64,000 nt of DNA from Actinomycetota bacterium (GCA_030650795.1 JAUSDJ010000031.1:283413-347412); one strand, 5' to 3'. Shown: positions 44,189 to 53,956, numbered from the stretch's first letter. The notes: a model not told the origin generated them from the letters alone. Numbers and translations: made by a program.

Positions 44189-44494
44189 GTGCTGAGAGTT
44201 GCCGGCATCATCGTGTTACTCGCGGTGTACATCTGGTTCGTGGTCGATGTGGCGAGCTCTCCCAAGTCTGCTGTCCGGAACCTGCCCAAGGGCATCTGGT
44301 TCCTCATCGTTGTCGTCATCCCGATCATTGGTGGCGCCATCTGGGTGCTGTTTGGCCGAACCAAGCCGATCGGCGGCGGCGGACGGCGGCTTCGCCGCAC
44401 CCCCAGCGCCCCTGACGATGATCCACGATTCCTGGCCAAGCTCGACGAAGACGCTTGGAAGCGACGCATGCGAGAGCGCCGCGGAGAGAACTAG
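44189..44494 (+). CDS. PLDc N-terminal domain membrane protein
   Basis: IWFVVDV...VRNLPKGIW...PIIG..W..FGR, PDDDPRFL. Confidence 0.8.
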   Translation: MLRVAGIIVLLAVYIWFVVDVASSPKSAVRNLPKGIWFLIVVVIPIIGGAIWVLFGRTKPIGGGGRRLRRTPSAPDDDPRFLAKLDEDAWKRRMRERRGEN

Positions 44495-44507
44495 ATTCTC
44501 ACAAGAG

Positions 44508-45476
44508 CTAGGAAGACACCCCTGCGTACGAATGCAGGCTGCTTGCCAGGAAGTTGACGCCGAAGTAGTTGATCAAGAACACCAGCCAGCCAGCCAGGGC
44601 AATCCACGAGGCCTTGTTCTTACGCCATCCAGCGGTAGAACGGGCGTGCAGGTACGCGGCATAAACGACCCAGGTGATGAAGGCCCAAGTCTCCTTGGGA
44701 TCCCAGCCCCAGTAGCGACCCCAGGCGTTCTCAGCCCAGATTGCGCCAGCAACCACCGCGAATGTCCACAGCGGAAAGGCGAAGGCGAGGATGCGATTGG
44801 TGATCGTGCGCAGCCGCTCAGCGTCTGGGATGCGCGAGCTCAATGGCCCAGTTGGGGTGCTGCCAGGTTCGGCGCGCCGCTCTGCTCGATCTTTGACGAG
44901 CGAAAGGCCAGCAGTCGCCGCGGCCAGAGTGAAGGCCCCAGAGCAGATGATCGCTGCCAGCACGTGGATCACCAGCCAGTAGGACTTCAAGGCCGGAACC
45001 AATTGCGCCGCCTCGGTGTAGAGCACGGTGACGGCCATCCCGAGGGTCAGCAGAACCGGGATGACGACAAACAATCCGAGCCAACGCAAATCCATGCGCA
45101 GGTTCAAGAAGAGATAGACACCCAAGGTTCCGAGGGCTGCTGTGATCGAGAACTCGTACATGTTGCCCCAGGGCGCACGACCTGCCCAAATGCCGCGCAG
45201 CACAACTCCAGCAAGCAACAAGACGAAGGCGAGCCAGGTCAGCGACATCGCGATATTGGCTGCGCGACGACCAGGATCTTCAGCCGGCTTCGACTTCTGC
45301 TTTGTCAGCAGGGCGGCACCACCAGCACTCATCTTTGACTCTTGAGTCGCAACGCTGACGACGCGTCGTTGACCATTGGCAAAGGAGGCCGCGAAGGCGA
45401 TCATCGCCATCGCCAGAGTCAGCATCGATGAATAGATCGCCGCATTGCTCATCTGAGCCAGGGACTCTGGATTCAC
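44508..45476 (-). CDS. ccsB: Cytochrome c biogenesis protein CcsB/ResC (system II)
   Basis: PWGNMYE, WLVIHV, WAENAWGRYWGWDPKETW (WWD domain), YLH. Confidence 0.96.
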   Translation of the reverse strand: MNPESLAQMSNAAIYSSMLTLAMAMIAFAASFANGQRRVVSVATQESKMSAGGAALLTKQKSKPAEDPGRRAANIAMSLTWLAFVLLLAGVVLRGIWAGRAPWGNMYEFSITAALGTLGVYLFLNLRMDLRWLGLFVVIPVLLTLGMAVTVLYTEAAQLVPALKSYWLVIHVLAAIICSGAFTLAAATAGLSLVKDRAERRAEPGSTPTGPLSSRIPDAERLRTITNRILAFAFPLWTFAVVAGAIWAENAWGRYWGWDPKETWAFITWVVYAAYLHARSTAGWRKNKASWIALAGWLVFLINYFGVNFLASSLHSYAGVSS

Positions 45477-47038
45477 GATTCCTCCTTGGATGGTTCAGCG
45501 GCTTGCGCCTGCCCGGCGGATTCCAGGGCCTGCTCGACGAGGTCGAGATCCTCAGCGAGCACTCCGATGTCCTCGTCCTCGAAGGTCGAGGTGCGCATGA
45601 TTCCGGCAAGCTGGATAACGGTAACGCCATTGTGCTCAACGACCTTCACCCATACCCGTCGACGACGAATGAACAGGGACATGGTCAAGCCCAGGATTGC
45701 GGCGGCGGCGGCGAACAGCGCGAACTCCTTGCCCGGATCGGCCGCGATTTGGAAGGAGGCCCAGCGCTCGTAGCCCTCAAAGCTCACCTTTCCCGAGCCA
45801 TCAGGCAGAGTCCAACTCTGACCGGGCCGCAATTGTTCAAGGCCGATCTTCTTCATCTTGTCGGTAACGAGGCGATACACGCTTTGCGGGGTTCCAGAGT
45901 CAAGACCCAGATCGCCCTTCCACGCTGACATGAACAAAGCCGGATCGTCAGGACCGGGGAAGGTTGAGTGCGGACCGAGCACCGCATCCAGAGCCGCGGT
46001 AGGCAAGAAGAGTCCCTGAATGCCCAGCGCAGGAGTTGAGTCGGGGATCTTCACCACACCGGTGGAAGTGAAGTTGCCGTCTTGCGGAAGGAAGGTCACT
46101 GCGTCGTCGAAGACGACAGCGCCGGTCTTGTCCGTCACCTTGATGACCGGTGCATACCCGTGACCCACGAGAAATACTTTGGCCCCATTGATCTCCAGGG
46201 GCTCATTGACCTCGATCAGCGTGTGCTGAAGTGGCGCGGCGGGATCTGGTCGGTAGGACACCTCAGCTTCGAAGGCGCGCGGCGCTCCGCGTTGCGCCAC
46301 CCCACGCTCGAAGTCAGCAGTGAACTTGTCCAGAGTGAAGGAGAAGGGCGGCAGGTTTTCGGCATTCACAAATCGGCCGCCACCCCAGGCGTCGTATTGA
46401 GTCAGCGTGTTCGAGAAGCCCGAACCTTCTCGGATGATGACATTGCCCTTCCAGCCCAACAGTCCGCCCAAGGCAATAGAGACCAGCACGACAAGCAGCG
46501 ACAAGTGGAAGATCAGGTTGCCGGTCTCGCGGAGGTAACCCTTCTCGGCCGAGACCCAACGCGGCTCGTCTGCTGGTCCGGTGACCACTCGCCAGCGAGC
46601 AGAGCTCAAGGTCTTCTCCGCAGTCTGCAATACGTCAGCCGCATCCCCGGTGGCTCCCAGAGTGCGCGTGCCGGAGAGTCTTTGCAGCATTCGTGGGGCG
46701 GGAGGCGGCGCACTGCGCATCGCTCGGAAGTGCACGCCAACGCGCGGGATGACGCAACCGATCAGCGAAAGAAACAGCAGTAGATAGACCGCTGAGAACC
46801 AAGGTGAGGAGTAGACCTCGAAGAAACCGAGTCGATCAAGAATTGGTCCCCAGGTCGGGGTCTCGGTGATGTACGCCCGAACCTTGATCGGGTCGATGCC
46901 ACGTTGCGGAAGAAGCGAGCCCGGAACACTTGCCAGCGCAAGGAGGAACAGCAGAATCAATGCTGTTTTCATGCTGGTGAGCTGGCGCCAAGCCCATCGG
47001 AGCAATCCGGTGTTGCTGATCGGCGGCAGATTGCTCAT
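45473..47038 (-). CDS. resB: Cytochrome c biogenesis protein ResB
   Basis: LTSMKTAL, PGSLLPQ, GNLIFH, VNEPL; ATGA overlap with ccdA. Confidence 0.93.
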   Translation of the reverse strand: MSNLPPISNTGLLRWAWRQLTSMKTALILLFLLALASVPGSLLPQRGIDPIKVRAYITETPTWGPILDRLGFFEVYSSPWFSAVYLLLFLSLIGCVIPRVGVHFRAMRSAPPPAPRMLQRLSGTRTLGATGDAADVLQTAEKTLSSARWRVVTGPADEPRWVSAEKGYLRETGNLIFHLSLLVVLVSIALGGLLGWKGNVIIREGSGFSNTLTQYDAWGGGRFVNAENLPPFSFTLDKFTADFERGVAQRGAPRAFEAEVSYRPDPAAPLQHTLIEVNEPLEINGAKVFLVGHGYAPVIKVTDKTGAVVFDDAVTFLPQDGNFTSTGVVKIPDSTPALGIQGLFLPTAALDAVLGPHSTFPGPDDPALFMSAWKGDLGLDSGTPQSVYRLVTDKMKKIGLEQLRPGQSWTLPDGSGKVSFEGYERWASFQIAADPGKEFALFAAAAAILGLTMSLFIRRRRVWVKVVEHNGVTVIQLAGIMRTSTFEDEDIGVLAEDLDLVEQALESAGQAQAAEPSKEES

Positions 47039-47778
47039 AGCGCTGTCTCGAATCCGGGAACCAATACGCGCAGCCAAATAGTGAAATCAAGCCAGAGTCC
47101 GGTGACGAGCAGCAGGCCGACCAGCACGAGCATGCCGCCACCGATGCGCATCACGAGTTCGTAGTGACGCCGAAGGAAGCCAATGGCATGGCCCATGCGG
47201 GTGAAGAGCAAGCCCAGCAGTACGAACGGGAGTCCTAGGCCAAGGCAGTAGAACAGCGAGAGCACTGCGCCGCGAGCCGCACTGGCTTCGGTGAACGCCA
47301 GACTCTGCACGGCGGCCAAGGTCGGTCCGATGCAGGGCGACCAGCCCAAACCAAAGAGGATGCCCAGCAGAGGAGCACCAGCAACCCCCCAACGCGGGAG
47401 CTGATGGATCCGCCATTCACGTTGCAACCCGGGGATCAAACCCATGAATGCCAGACCCATGGCGATGACGAGTACGCCGAGAATCCGATCGATGGTGACC
47501 TGATACTCGAGCAAGGTTGACCCGATGGATCCGAACAGCACGCCGTAGGAGACAAAGACGACACTGAAGCCGAGAACAAAAAGCAGGCTTCCGGCGAGCA
47601 CTCGTCGACGATTGCCCCGCCCGTCGGCCAGTTCGGCACCAGTCAGTCCCGTGACGTAGGAGAGGTAGCCCGGGGCAAGTGGGAGCACGCATGGCGACGC
47701 GAAGGCGAGGAGGCCGGCGGCAAATGCCAGTGGAAGTGCGAAGGCGAGGGTGCCCTGATTGATGACGTCAGCGATCAC
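47035..47778 (-). CDS. ccdA: Cytochrome c biogenesis protein CcdA
   Basis: FASPCVLPLAPGYL, GWSPCIGP. Confidence 0.95.
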   Translation of the reverse strand: MIADVINQGTLAFALPLAFAAGLLAFASPCVLPLAPGYLSYVTGLTGAELADGRGNRRRVLAGSLLFVLGFSVVFVSYGVLFGSIGSTLLEYQVTIDRILGVLVIAMGLAFMGLIPGLQREWRIHQLPRWGVAGAPLLGILFGLGWSPCIGPTLAAVQSLAFTEASAARGAVLSLFYCLGLGLPFVLLGLLFTRMGHAIGFLRRHYELVMRIGGGMLVLVGLLLVTGLWLDFTIWLRVLVPGFETAL

Positions 47779-48368
47779 TTCGTACTCGCTCGCACGTCGT
47801 CGATGACATTGCGCAATGCAGTTGCAGTTGTTGCGCCAAGGAAGCGCGCTGCAACTTTGCCATGCGCATCAACGATCAGAGTTGATGGAATCGCTTGCGC
47901 GGGCAGAGTGTCGCGGAAGAGCAACTGCACTTGTCCATCCGTATCAATAGCCTGGGGATAGGTCAGTCCGAACCGGTTCACGAACGCCTGGGCTGATGTA
48001 CCCGAATCTCGAGTATCGAGGCCAACGAATTGCACACCCTTGTTCTTCTGCAGATCCCACACCTGTTGCAACTCCGGGGCCTCCGCGCGACAAGGGGCGC
48101 ACCAGGAGGCCCATACATTCATAACCACGACCTTGCCCAATTGCTTGCTCAAGGTGAAGGTCTTGCCATCCAGAGTCGGAAGGGTGAAGTCAGGAGCCGC
48201 TACTCGTTGATCAGCCGGAATCACGATGATGGATCCATCACCAGACACAAATCCGGTGTCACCACCACTTGATGCAGGAGAGCTCGACTGGGCGCAGGCC
48301 GCGAGCGAGGAAGACGCCAAGAGCAGCAGAGCAAGGCAACTGCCGATTCGGATGCGCAAACTAGGCAT
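47775..48368 (-). CDS. resA: TlpA/ResA thiol-disulfide oxidoreductase lipoprotein
   Basis: Lipobox-like LAAC, NVWASWCAPC, IPST. Confidence 0.9.
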   Translation of the reverse strand: MPSLRIRIGSCLALLLLASSSLAACAQSSSPASSGGDTGFVSGDGSIIVIPADQRVAAPDFTLPTLDGKTFTLSKQLGKVVVMNVWASWCAPCRAEAPELQQVWDLQKNKGVQFVGLDTRDSGTSAQAFVNRFGLTYPQAIDTDGQVQLLFRDTLPAQAIPSTLIVDAHGKVAARFLGATTATALRNVIDDVRASTK

Positions 48369-48391
48369 GGAGATTCAGGTCCTGACCTACG

Positions 48392-49039
48392 TCAGGCACC
48401 CGCAACCTTGCTGGCCTTTACGAGGAGGTCTCGCGAGGGCTCGGTATAGGTGATGGCAGCGAGTTGATCACGGCGGAAACTGAGCGAGGTGATTGAGGCA
48501 AGTGAGCACTGGCGACTTCTTGGGTCATGCCAGAGCCGACGCTTCTCAGCGGCCAGCCGGGCGACCCAGATCGGCAGTTGATGGCTGACGAGCACCACCT
48601 CGCTGCCGCGAGCAATCTCACGCGCCGCGTTGATCGCAGCCGTCATGCGTTCGGCGACTTCGGTATACGGCTCGCCCCAGGAAGGCTTGAAGGGGTTGTA
48701 CAGATGACGCCAAGCCTGCGGCTGCCTCAGGATGCCGTCGCCGACGCTGACTTTCTTCCCCTCGAAGAGATTGTCAGCCTCGATCAGCCGAGGATCGGTG
48801 CCGATCTCCAGCCCGTGCTCAGCGGCAATTGGCGCGGCAGTCTGCTGAGCCCGCTCCATCGGCGAAGAGATCACTGCCGAGATGTTGTGTACCTGCAAGG
48901 CGGCTGCTGCGCGCTGCGCCATCTCATAACCAAGCTCTGAGAGGACATAGCCAGGCAACCGTCCATATAAAACGCCTTCTGGGTTATCAACTTCACCGTG
49001 CCGCAGCAGGTGTACAACGGTGCGGTCAGTTGTTGCCAT
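48392..49039 (-). CDS. Histidine phosphatase (phosphoglycerate mutase family)
   Basis: LLRHGE, SSPMERAQQTA, VSHQ. Confidence 0.92.
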   Translation of the reverse strand: MATTDRTVVHLLRHGEVDNPEGVLYGRLPGYVLSELGYEMAQRAAAALQVHNISAVISSPMERAQQTAAPIAAEHGLEIGTDPRLIEADNLFEGKKVSVGDGILRQPQAWRHLYNPFKPSWGEPYTEVAERMTAAINAAREIARGSEVVLVSHQLPIWVARLAAEKRRLWHDPRSRQCSLASITSLSFRRDQLAAITYTEPSRDLLVKASKVAGA

Positions 49040-49045
49040 CGCGCA

Positions 49046-50761
49046 TCAGGCCTTGCGTCGCGCCGGAGTACGGCGACGACTTGGCCGCCAACTTCCTTCA
49101 CCCGCCTCTGCAGCTGCTAGGCGCAACTCTTCGCCATGAGCTGCGAGTGCATCAACCAGACCGATCAACGTGCTGGCTTCGGCCATCACGTCAACACGAA
49201 GGCCATGCTCTTCAGCTGTCTTGGCGGTCTGCGGCCCGATGCATGCAACCACAGTGGTGTGGTGCGGCTTTCCTGCAATGCCAACAAGATTGCGAACTGT
49301 GCTGCTCGAGGTGAACAGCACTGCATCGAAGCCGCCGGTCTTAATGGCTTCGCGAATCTCCGCTGGTGGCGGTGCAGCACGAACGGTGCGGAAGGCGGTG
49401 ATGTCCTCGACCTCCCAGCCAAGTTCAGTCAGACCGGCAACGAGGGACTCGGTGGCAATATCGGCGCGCGGCAAGAACACACGATTGATCGGATCTGTCA
49501 GCGAGTCATAGCCCGGCCACTCTTCGAGCAGATCAGCGGTGGTCTGATCGCCAAGTGGAACGAGATCTGGCCGCACACCGAACTCGATGAGCGCAGCAAT
49601 CGTGGCTTCGCCAACTGCAGCCACCTTGAGCCCTGCGAAAGAACGCGCATCCAGACCGTAGGAAGCCAACTTCTCACGGATGGCGCGCACCGCATTTACC
49701 GATGTGAAGCCGATCCATTCGTAGCGACCCGAAACAAGACCGTGAACAGCGCGATCAATCTGCTGAGGCGTGCGTGGTGGCTCCACAGAGATGGTCGGAA
49801 CCTCCATCGGCACGGCTCCGTGACGACGCAACAACGCGACGATCGAATCCGAGGGATCCTGAGTGCGAGGGATCAGCACGCGCCAGCCGAACAGTGGCTT
49901 GGCCTCGAACCAATCAGCCTTATCGCGCTGCGCAACAACTTCACCGACCACGACGACGCCGGGACCTGCCTGCTTGGAACGCTTGGCGATGGCGCCGATC
50001 TCGCCGAGAGTGCCAGCCAGGGTGCGCTGGTCAACGGTCGTGCCCTGACGAGTCACGGCTATCGGCGTCTTGGGATCCGCACCGGCGTTCAACAAGTTCG
50101 TCGCGATCTCGATACAGGAGTCCGCACCATTGAGGTAAACCGTGGTGACCTGCGGCTGGGCAAGCTCGGCCCACGGCAAATCTGTCGAACTGCCATCCAC
50201 CACGCGAATCTGACGCACCTTGCCACCTGTGAGGCTGAAGCCGGCGTATGCCGGAATTCCGGTGACCTCACTGACGCCAGGAGCAACCTCAAAAGGAATC
50301 TTGGCTTTGCGAAGCGCAGCGGCTTCGTGCACCAAGGTGCCATCGACGATGGGATCACCAGCAATCAAACGCACGACGTTCTTGCCTTCGCGGGCAGCAT
50401 CCAGCATCGCCTTGGAGTGATCGCCGGCCATGATGAATTCAGCATCGACGCTCATGTACTGCCGGGCAATCAACTCCGTGGCTGCATCGGCCACGATGAC
50501 ATCGGCCTCGCGCATCAAGGCAACTGCACGCAAGGTCAGCAGATCGGGATCACCCGGGCCTGCGGCAACGAGGGCGACGGTGCCCACCGGTGCTTTCTTA
50601 CGGCTCTTGACTGGTGCGGTTGCTGCGCGAATCACCGGGTTATCTCCTGCTGTTGTTGAACTAGGCGTGGGGGCTTGCTTCTTGTCCTGCGGGGTGGGCT
50701 TGGTCGTGGCCGCCGGCTTTGGAAGCTTCGGTGGCGGAGTGCTGATGGCTTTTGCGCTCAT
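49046..50761 (-). CDS. hemD: Uroporphyrinogen-III methyltransferase-like / uroporphyrinogen-III synthase fusion
   Basis: AAGPGDPDLLT and divergent AGDP (CobA-like domain); PRT, FTSVNAV, AVGEAT, FTSSSTV, CIGPQT (HemD domain). Confidence 0.92.
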   Translation of the reverse strand: MSAKAISTPPPKLPKPAATTKPTPQDKKQAPTPSSTTAGDNPVIRAATAPVKSRKKAPVGTVALVAAGPGDPDLLTLRAVALMREADVIVADAATELIARQYMSVDAEFIMAGDHSKAMLDAAREGKNVVRLIAGDPIVDGTLVHEAAALRKAKIPFEVAPGVSEVTGIPAYAGFSLTGGKVRQIRVVDGSSTDLPWAELAQPQVTTVYLNGADSCIEIATNLLNAGADPKTPIAVTRQGTTVDQRTLAGTLGEIGAIAKRSKQAGPGVVVVGEVVAQRDKADWFEAKPLFGWRVLIPRTQDPSDSIVALLRRHGAVPMEVPTISVEPPRTPQQIDRAVHGLVSGRYEWIGFTSVNAVRAIREKLASYGLDARSFAGLKVAAVGEATIAALIEFGVRPDLVPLGDQTTADLLEEWPGYDSLTDPINRVFLPRADIATESLVAGLTELGWEVEDITAFRTVRAAPPPAEIREAIKTGGFDAVLFTSSSTVRNLVGIAGKPHHTTVVACIGPQTAKTAEEHGLRVDVMAEASTLIGLVDALAAHGEELRLAAAEAGEGSWRPSRRRTPARRKA

Positions 50762-51474
50762 GCCTGCATCACCTGGGCCAGCGCGCTGGAGTCGTCAACC
50801 CGACGTTGCTCGTGAAAGGCCAGGATTTGCAGTTCTACAGCGAGATCGACCTTGCGCACTTCTACTCCTTCGGGAACTACCAGCACCATCGGTGCAAAGT
50901 TCAAAATGCTGCGGACCCCGGCAGCTACGAGTCGGTCACATACGCCCTGGGCAGCTTCAGCAGGGGTTGCGATCACTCCGATATGCGCGCCGGAACTGCG
51001 CACCACACTTTCGAGCTCCCCCATTGGCTGCACGAGCAGATCAACTCCGCTGGCACAGACTTGCTCACCGACGACGTCGGGATGCGAGTCAAGAAGGCCA
51101 ACGATTTCAAAGCCACGCGACGCAAAGCCGCGATAGGACACCAGTGCATGCCCGAGGTTGCCAACGCCAACGATCACAACGCCCCAAGGCTGGCTCAGAC
51201 CAAGTTCGCGACTGATGTGGTAGCTCAGGAAGGAGACGTCGTAGCCAACTCCGCGGGTACCGTAGGAGCCCAGTTGCGAGAGGTCCTTGCGCAATTTCGC
51301 CGAGCTCACCCCGCAGGCCAGGGCCAGGTGCTCTGAGGAAACAGTCTGTACGCCATCATCTGCCAAGTCGCGAAGTACACGGTGGTACACCGGCAATCGC
51401 GCCACGGTGGCGTCGGGGATCCCACGCCCATCGTCGCGCGTGCGACTCGGGCCAAGTTGACGGGACAGTGACAC
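50758..51474 (-). CDS. rex: Redox-sensing transcriptional repressor Rex
   Basis: IPDATVARLPVY, LRKDLSQLGSYGTRGVGY, GVGNLG, ILNFAP; start uncertain. Confidence 0.96.
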   Translation of the reverse strand: MSLSRQLGPSRTRDDGRGIPDATVARLPVYHRVLRDLADDGVQTVSSEHLALACGVSSAKLRKDLSQLGSYGTRGVGYDVSFLSYHISRELGLSQPWGVVIVGVGNLGHALVSYRGFASRGFEIVGLLDSHPDVVGEQVCASGVDLLVQPMGELESVVRSSGAHIGVIATPAEAAQGVCDRLVAAGVRSILNFAPMVLVVPEGVEVRKVDLAVELQILAFHEQRRVDDSSALAQVMQA

Positions 51475-51577
51475 AGTGCTCCAGGGTTCGTCCGGTAGGC
51501 GTCAGCATCGGGAGATGCCGTGGGAAGACCCACCGAATTCGGCCGAAGGGTGCTGGCCGCCTGCTAAGGGTAAGGAT

Positions 51578-51595
51578 TCGTGCACGAAGGCACAA
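51578..51595. promoter_or_regulatory. Degenerate putative Rex operator upstream of rex
   Basis: TCGTGCACGAAGGCACAA (minus strand TTGTGCCTTCGTGCACGA); 4 mismatches to consensus, position fits known rex autoregulation. Confidence 0.45.
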
Positions 51596-51618
51596 AGTTC
51601 ATCGGACGTAGGTGTCCG

Positions 51619-51870
51619 TTATCCGGATAACGCGCCTCGTAGGAGTTCTGGATTTACCCGCCAGAACTGTGCCACCCGCTCATCAATCAAGACCACCGGG
51701 ATGCGCTCCCAAAATTCGTCGTAAAGCGCTGGATCCTCCATGATCGATTGCTCAGTCCAAGGAATATCGAGCTCTGCGCACACTGCAGTGACGACTACGC
51801 GCGCGTCATCGCAGAGGTGACATTGCGGCTTGCTCAACAACTGCACGCGATGAGCGGCGGGCTGATCCAT
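51619..51870 (-). CDS. Glutaredoxin-like protein (DUF836)
   Basis: CHLCDDAR, IPVVLID; TAGTCT -10 7 nt upstream. Confidence 0.88.
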   Translation of the reverse strand: MDQPAAHRVQLLSKPQCHLCDDARVVVTAVCAELDIPWTEQSIMEDPALYDEFWERIPVVLIDERVAQFWRVNPELLRGALSG

Positions 51871-51893
51871 GACACGCAGACTACGCTCGCACG

Positions 51894-52754
51894 ATGGATG
51901 GGGGTGTTGACCGGGCGCGCGTTGCGGGTCTTGCGTCCGCTGCCGCAGCGCTGCTTCCAAGTGAATATGACCCGTCGCGCGCTGCAGCTTTTTTTGATGT
52001 CGACAACACGATCATGCACGGAGCAAGCCTGTTTCACCTCGCAGTGGGCATGGCTCGGCGCAAGTTCTTTTCCACTCAAGAACTCATCGGGTTTGGGATG
52101 GCTCAAGCGCGCTTTATCGTGCGCGGAACTGAAAATGCCGACGACATGGCTGAGGCAACTGAGGCCGCGCTCGCATTCGTCAAGGGTCGGAAAGTGGACG
52201 AGATCATCGCGTTCGGACAAGCGATCTTCGACGACACCATGATCGACAAGATGATTCCCGGCACCCTTGCTCTAGCGCAGGAGCATCTGGATGCTGGCCG
52301 TCAAGTGTGGCTGGTCACTGCTACGCCAATCGAACTTGCACAAGTGATCGCTCGTCGTCTTGGGCTTACAGGTGCACTTGGCACAGTGTCCGAGATATCC
52401 AATGGCGCCTATACCGGATGTCTCGTAGGAGCACCCTTGCATGGCAAGGCAAAGGCCGAGGCCGTGCTTGCCCTTGCGCAACGCGAGGGCTTGGATCTCG
52501 GCAACTGCTGGGCCTATTCGGATTCAACCAATGACTTGCCGATGCTCGGTTGCGTTGGCAATCCGGTGGCAGTGAATCCAGATCCGAAACTCCGCGCGTA
52601 TGCGCGCTTGCACTCTTGGCCCATTCAAGACTTCCGCGCACGTCGTCACATGCACAAGGCCGTAGGTTCAACGGCAGCAGTTGTCGCAGGCGGTCTTGTT
52701 GCGGGCATTGCCGTCGGCTTTCTCGCCGGACGTGCAGGTCGGCTAGCTCGCTAG
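51894..52754 (+). CDS. HAD-IB family hydrolase (SerB-like)
   Basis: FFDVDNT, VTATP, GKAK, YSDSTNDLPML. Confidence 0.9.
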   Translation: MDGGVDRARVAGLASAAAALLPSEYDPSRAAAFFDVDNTIMHGASLFHLAVGMARRKFFSTQELIGFGMAQARFIVRGTENADDMAEATEAALAFVKGRKVDEIIAFGQAIFDDTMIDKMIPGTLALAQEHLDAGRQVWLVTATPIELAQVIARRLGLTGALGTVSEISNGAYTGCLVGAPLHGKAKAEAVLALAQREGLDLGNCWAYSDSTNDLPMLGCVGNPVAVNPDPKLRAYARLHSWPIQDFRARRHMHKAVGSTAAVVAGGLVAGIAVGFLAGRAGRLAR

Positions 52755-52790
52755 CCATTCAATCCCGCACCCACGCCAGACAAGTACCTG

Positions 52791-53717
52791 TCATTCAAAA
52801 ATATCTGTCCGATGCAGCAACATTGAAATGAGCATCTGCTGAATTCGATCGCGCATGCGGTCGGCAAGTGCAAAGACCACCTCTGGATCGTCTGCCGCCT
52901 TGGATCCGTACTTGCTTGTATCAATCGGTTCGCCAAAGCGGATCGTCCATTTGCTTGGGAGCGGGATGAGTCCCAAGGGACCCAGCCAGGGAAAGAACGG
53001 GGTGATCGGGAAGTACGGCAGATCCAATAGTCGAGCCAGGCCTTTGGCATCACCGATGATCGGGTAGATCTCTTCAGATCCGACCACCGCCGTAGGGATG
53101 AGTGGGGCGCCTGTGCGCAAGGCGACAGAGATGAAGCCACCGCGACCGAATCTCTGCAGTTGATATCTCTTGTGGAATGGCTTGCCAATTCCCTTGAAGC
53201 CTTCGGGCCACACCCCAACGAGTTCTCCGCGCGACAACAAGGTCTCTGCAGTGTGAACACTTGCGCGAACGTGGCCAGCTCTGCTTGCGACATCTGCAAG
53301 CACGGGCAGGTTGAACACCAGATCAGCCACAAGCATGCGCAAATAGCGCGGAGTCGGCAGTGCATCGTGAATGGCGACCTGGGTCATCACCGCATCGACA
53401 GCGATTGCTCCTGCGTGATTGGAGACCACAAGACCCGCACCCGAACTGGGGACATGCTCGACGCCCTCGACATCAATGCGAAACCAGGATCGATATAGGG
53501 GTCGCAGCAATGGCATCAGCAGCCGAGTCGTGAACTCCGGATCGAAGCCGAACTCATCGATGGCCCCGCTGGATGAAAGCGCATCCTGAACTACTGACAA
53601 CAGTTGCAGGAAGCCGTCTTCACTTTGGGCAGGTGGAATGCGTGCTTGGAAGCTTGGACGTGAAACTGCCGGACCAGTGTTACCCGCATCACGAGCCGCT
53701 TGCGAAGCGTTGGCCAC
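52791..53717 (-). CDS. Lysophospholipid acyltransferase family protein
   Basis: SNHAGAIAVD, WPEGFKG, FGRGGF; start uncertain. Confidence 0.88.
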   Translation of the reverse strand: MANASQAARDAGNTGPAVSRPSFQARIPPAQSEDGFLQLLSVVQDALSSSGAIDEFGFDPEFTTRLLMPLLRPLYRSWFRIDVEGVEHVPSSGAGLVVSNHAGAIAVDAVMTQVAIHDALPTPRYLRMLVADLVFNLPVLADVASRAGHVRASVHTAETLLSRGELVGVWPEGFKGIGKPFHKRYQLQRFGRGGFISVALRTGAPLIPTAVVGSEEIYPIIGDAKGLARLLDLPYFPITPFFPWLGPLGLIPLPSKWTIRFGEPIDTSKYGSKAADDPEVVFALADRMRDRIQQMLISMLLHRTDIFE

Positions 53718-53732
53718 GGCCCGAATCCAGCG

Positions 53733-53831
53733 CTACTTCTTATTGCGACGCTGGACTCGAGTACGACGCAGCAGTTTGCGATGCTTCTTCTTCGCCATCC
53801 GCTTGCGACGCTTCTTGATTACTGAGCCCAT
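53733..53831 (-). CDS. 30S ribosomal protein bS22 (32 aa; not in ORF track)
   Basis: Manual translation [32 protein letters not shown]. Confidence 0.95.
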   Translation of the reverse strand: MGSVIKKRRKRMAKKKHRKLLRRTRVQRRNKK

Positions 53832-53956
53832 GGATGAAACCTCACGTAGATTGCTAACAGACTTTCGGGAAACCTGTGGTGTGGACAGCCGAGCCTAGCG
53901 CGGGTGACATTCAGGCAGACAGTTGGCTCAGAAGCCGAAAGCAGAATTCAAGGGGC

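Noticed and set aside
49136-50659. 507-aa antisense ORF over hemD, and similar long shadow ORFs (19411-20358, 24164-25198, 44199-45338)
   Set aside because: No motifs. Long antisense ORFs are expected from high-GC codon bias opposite conserved genes.
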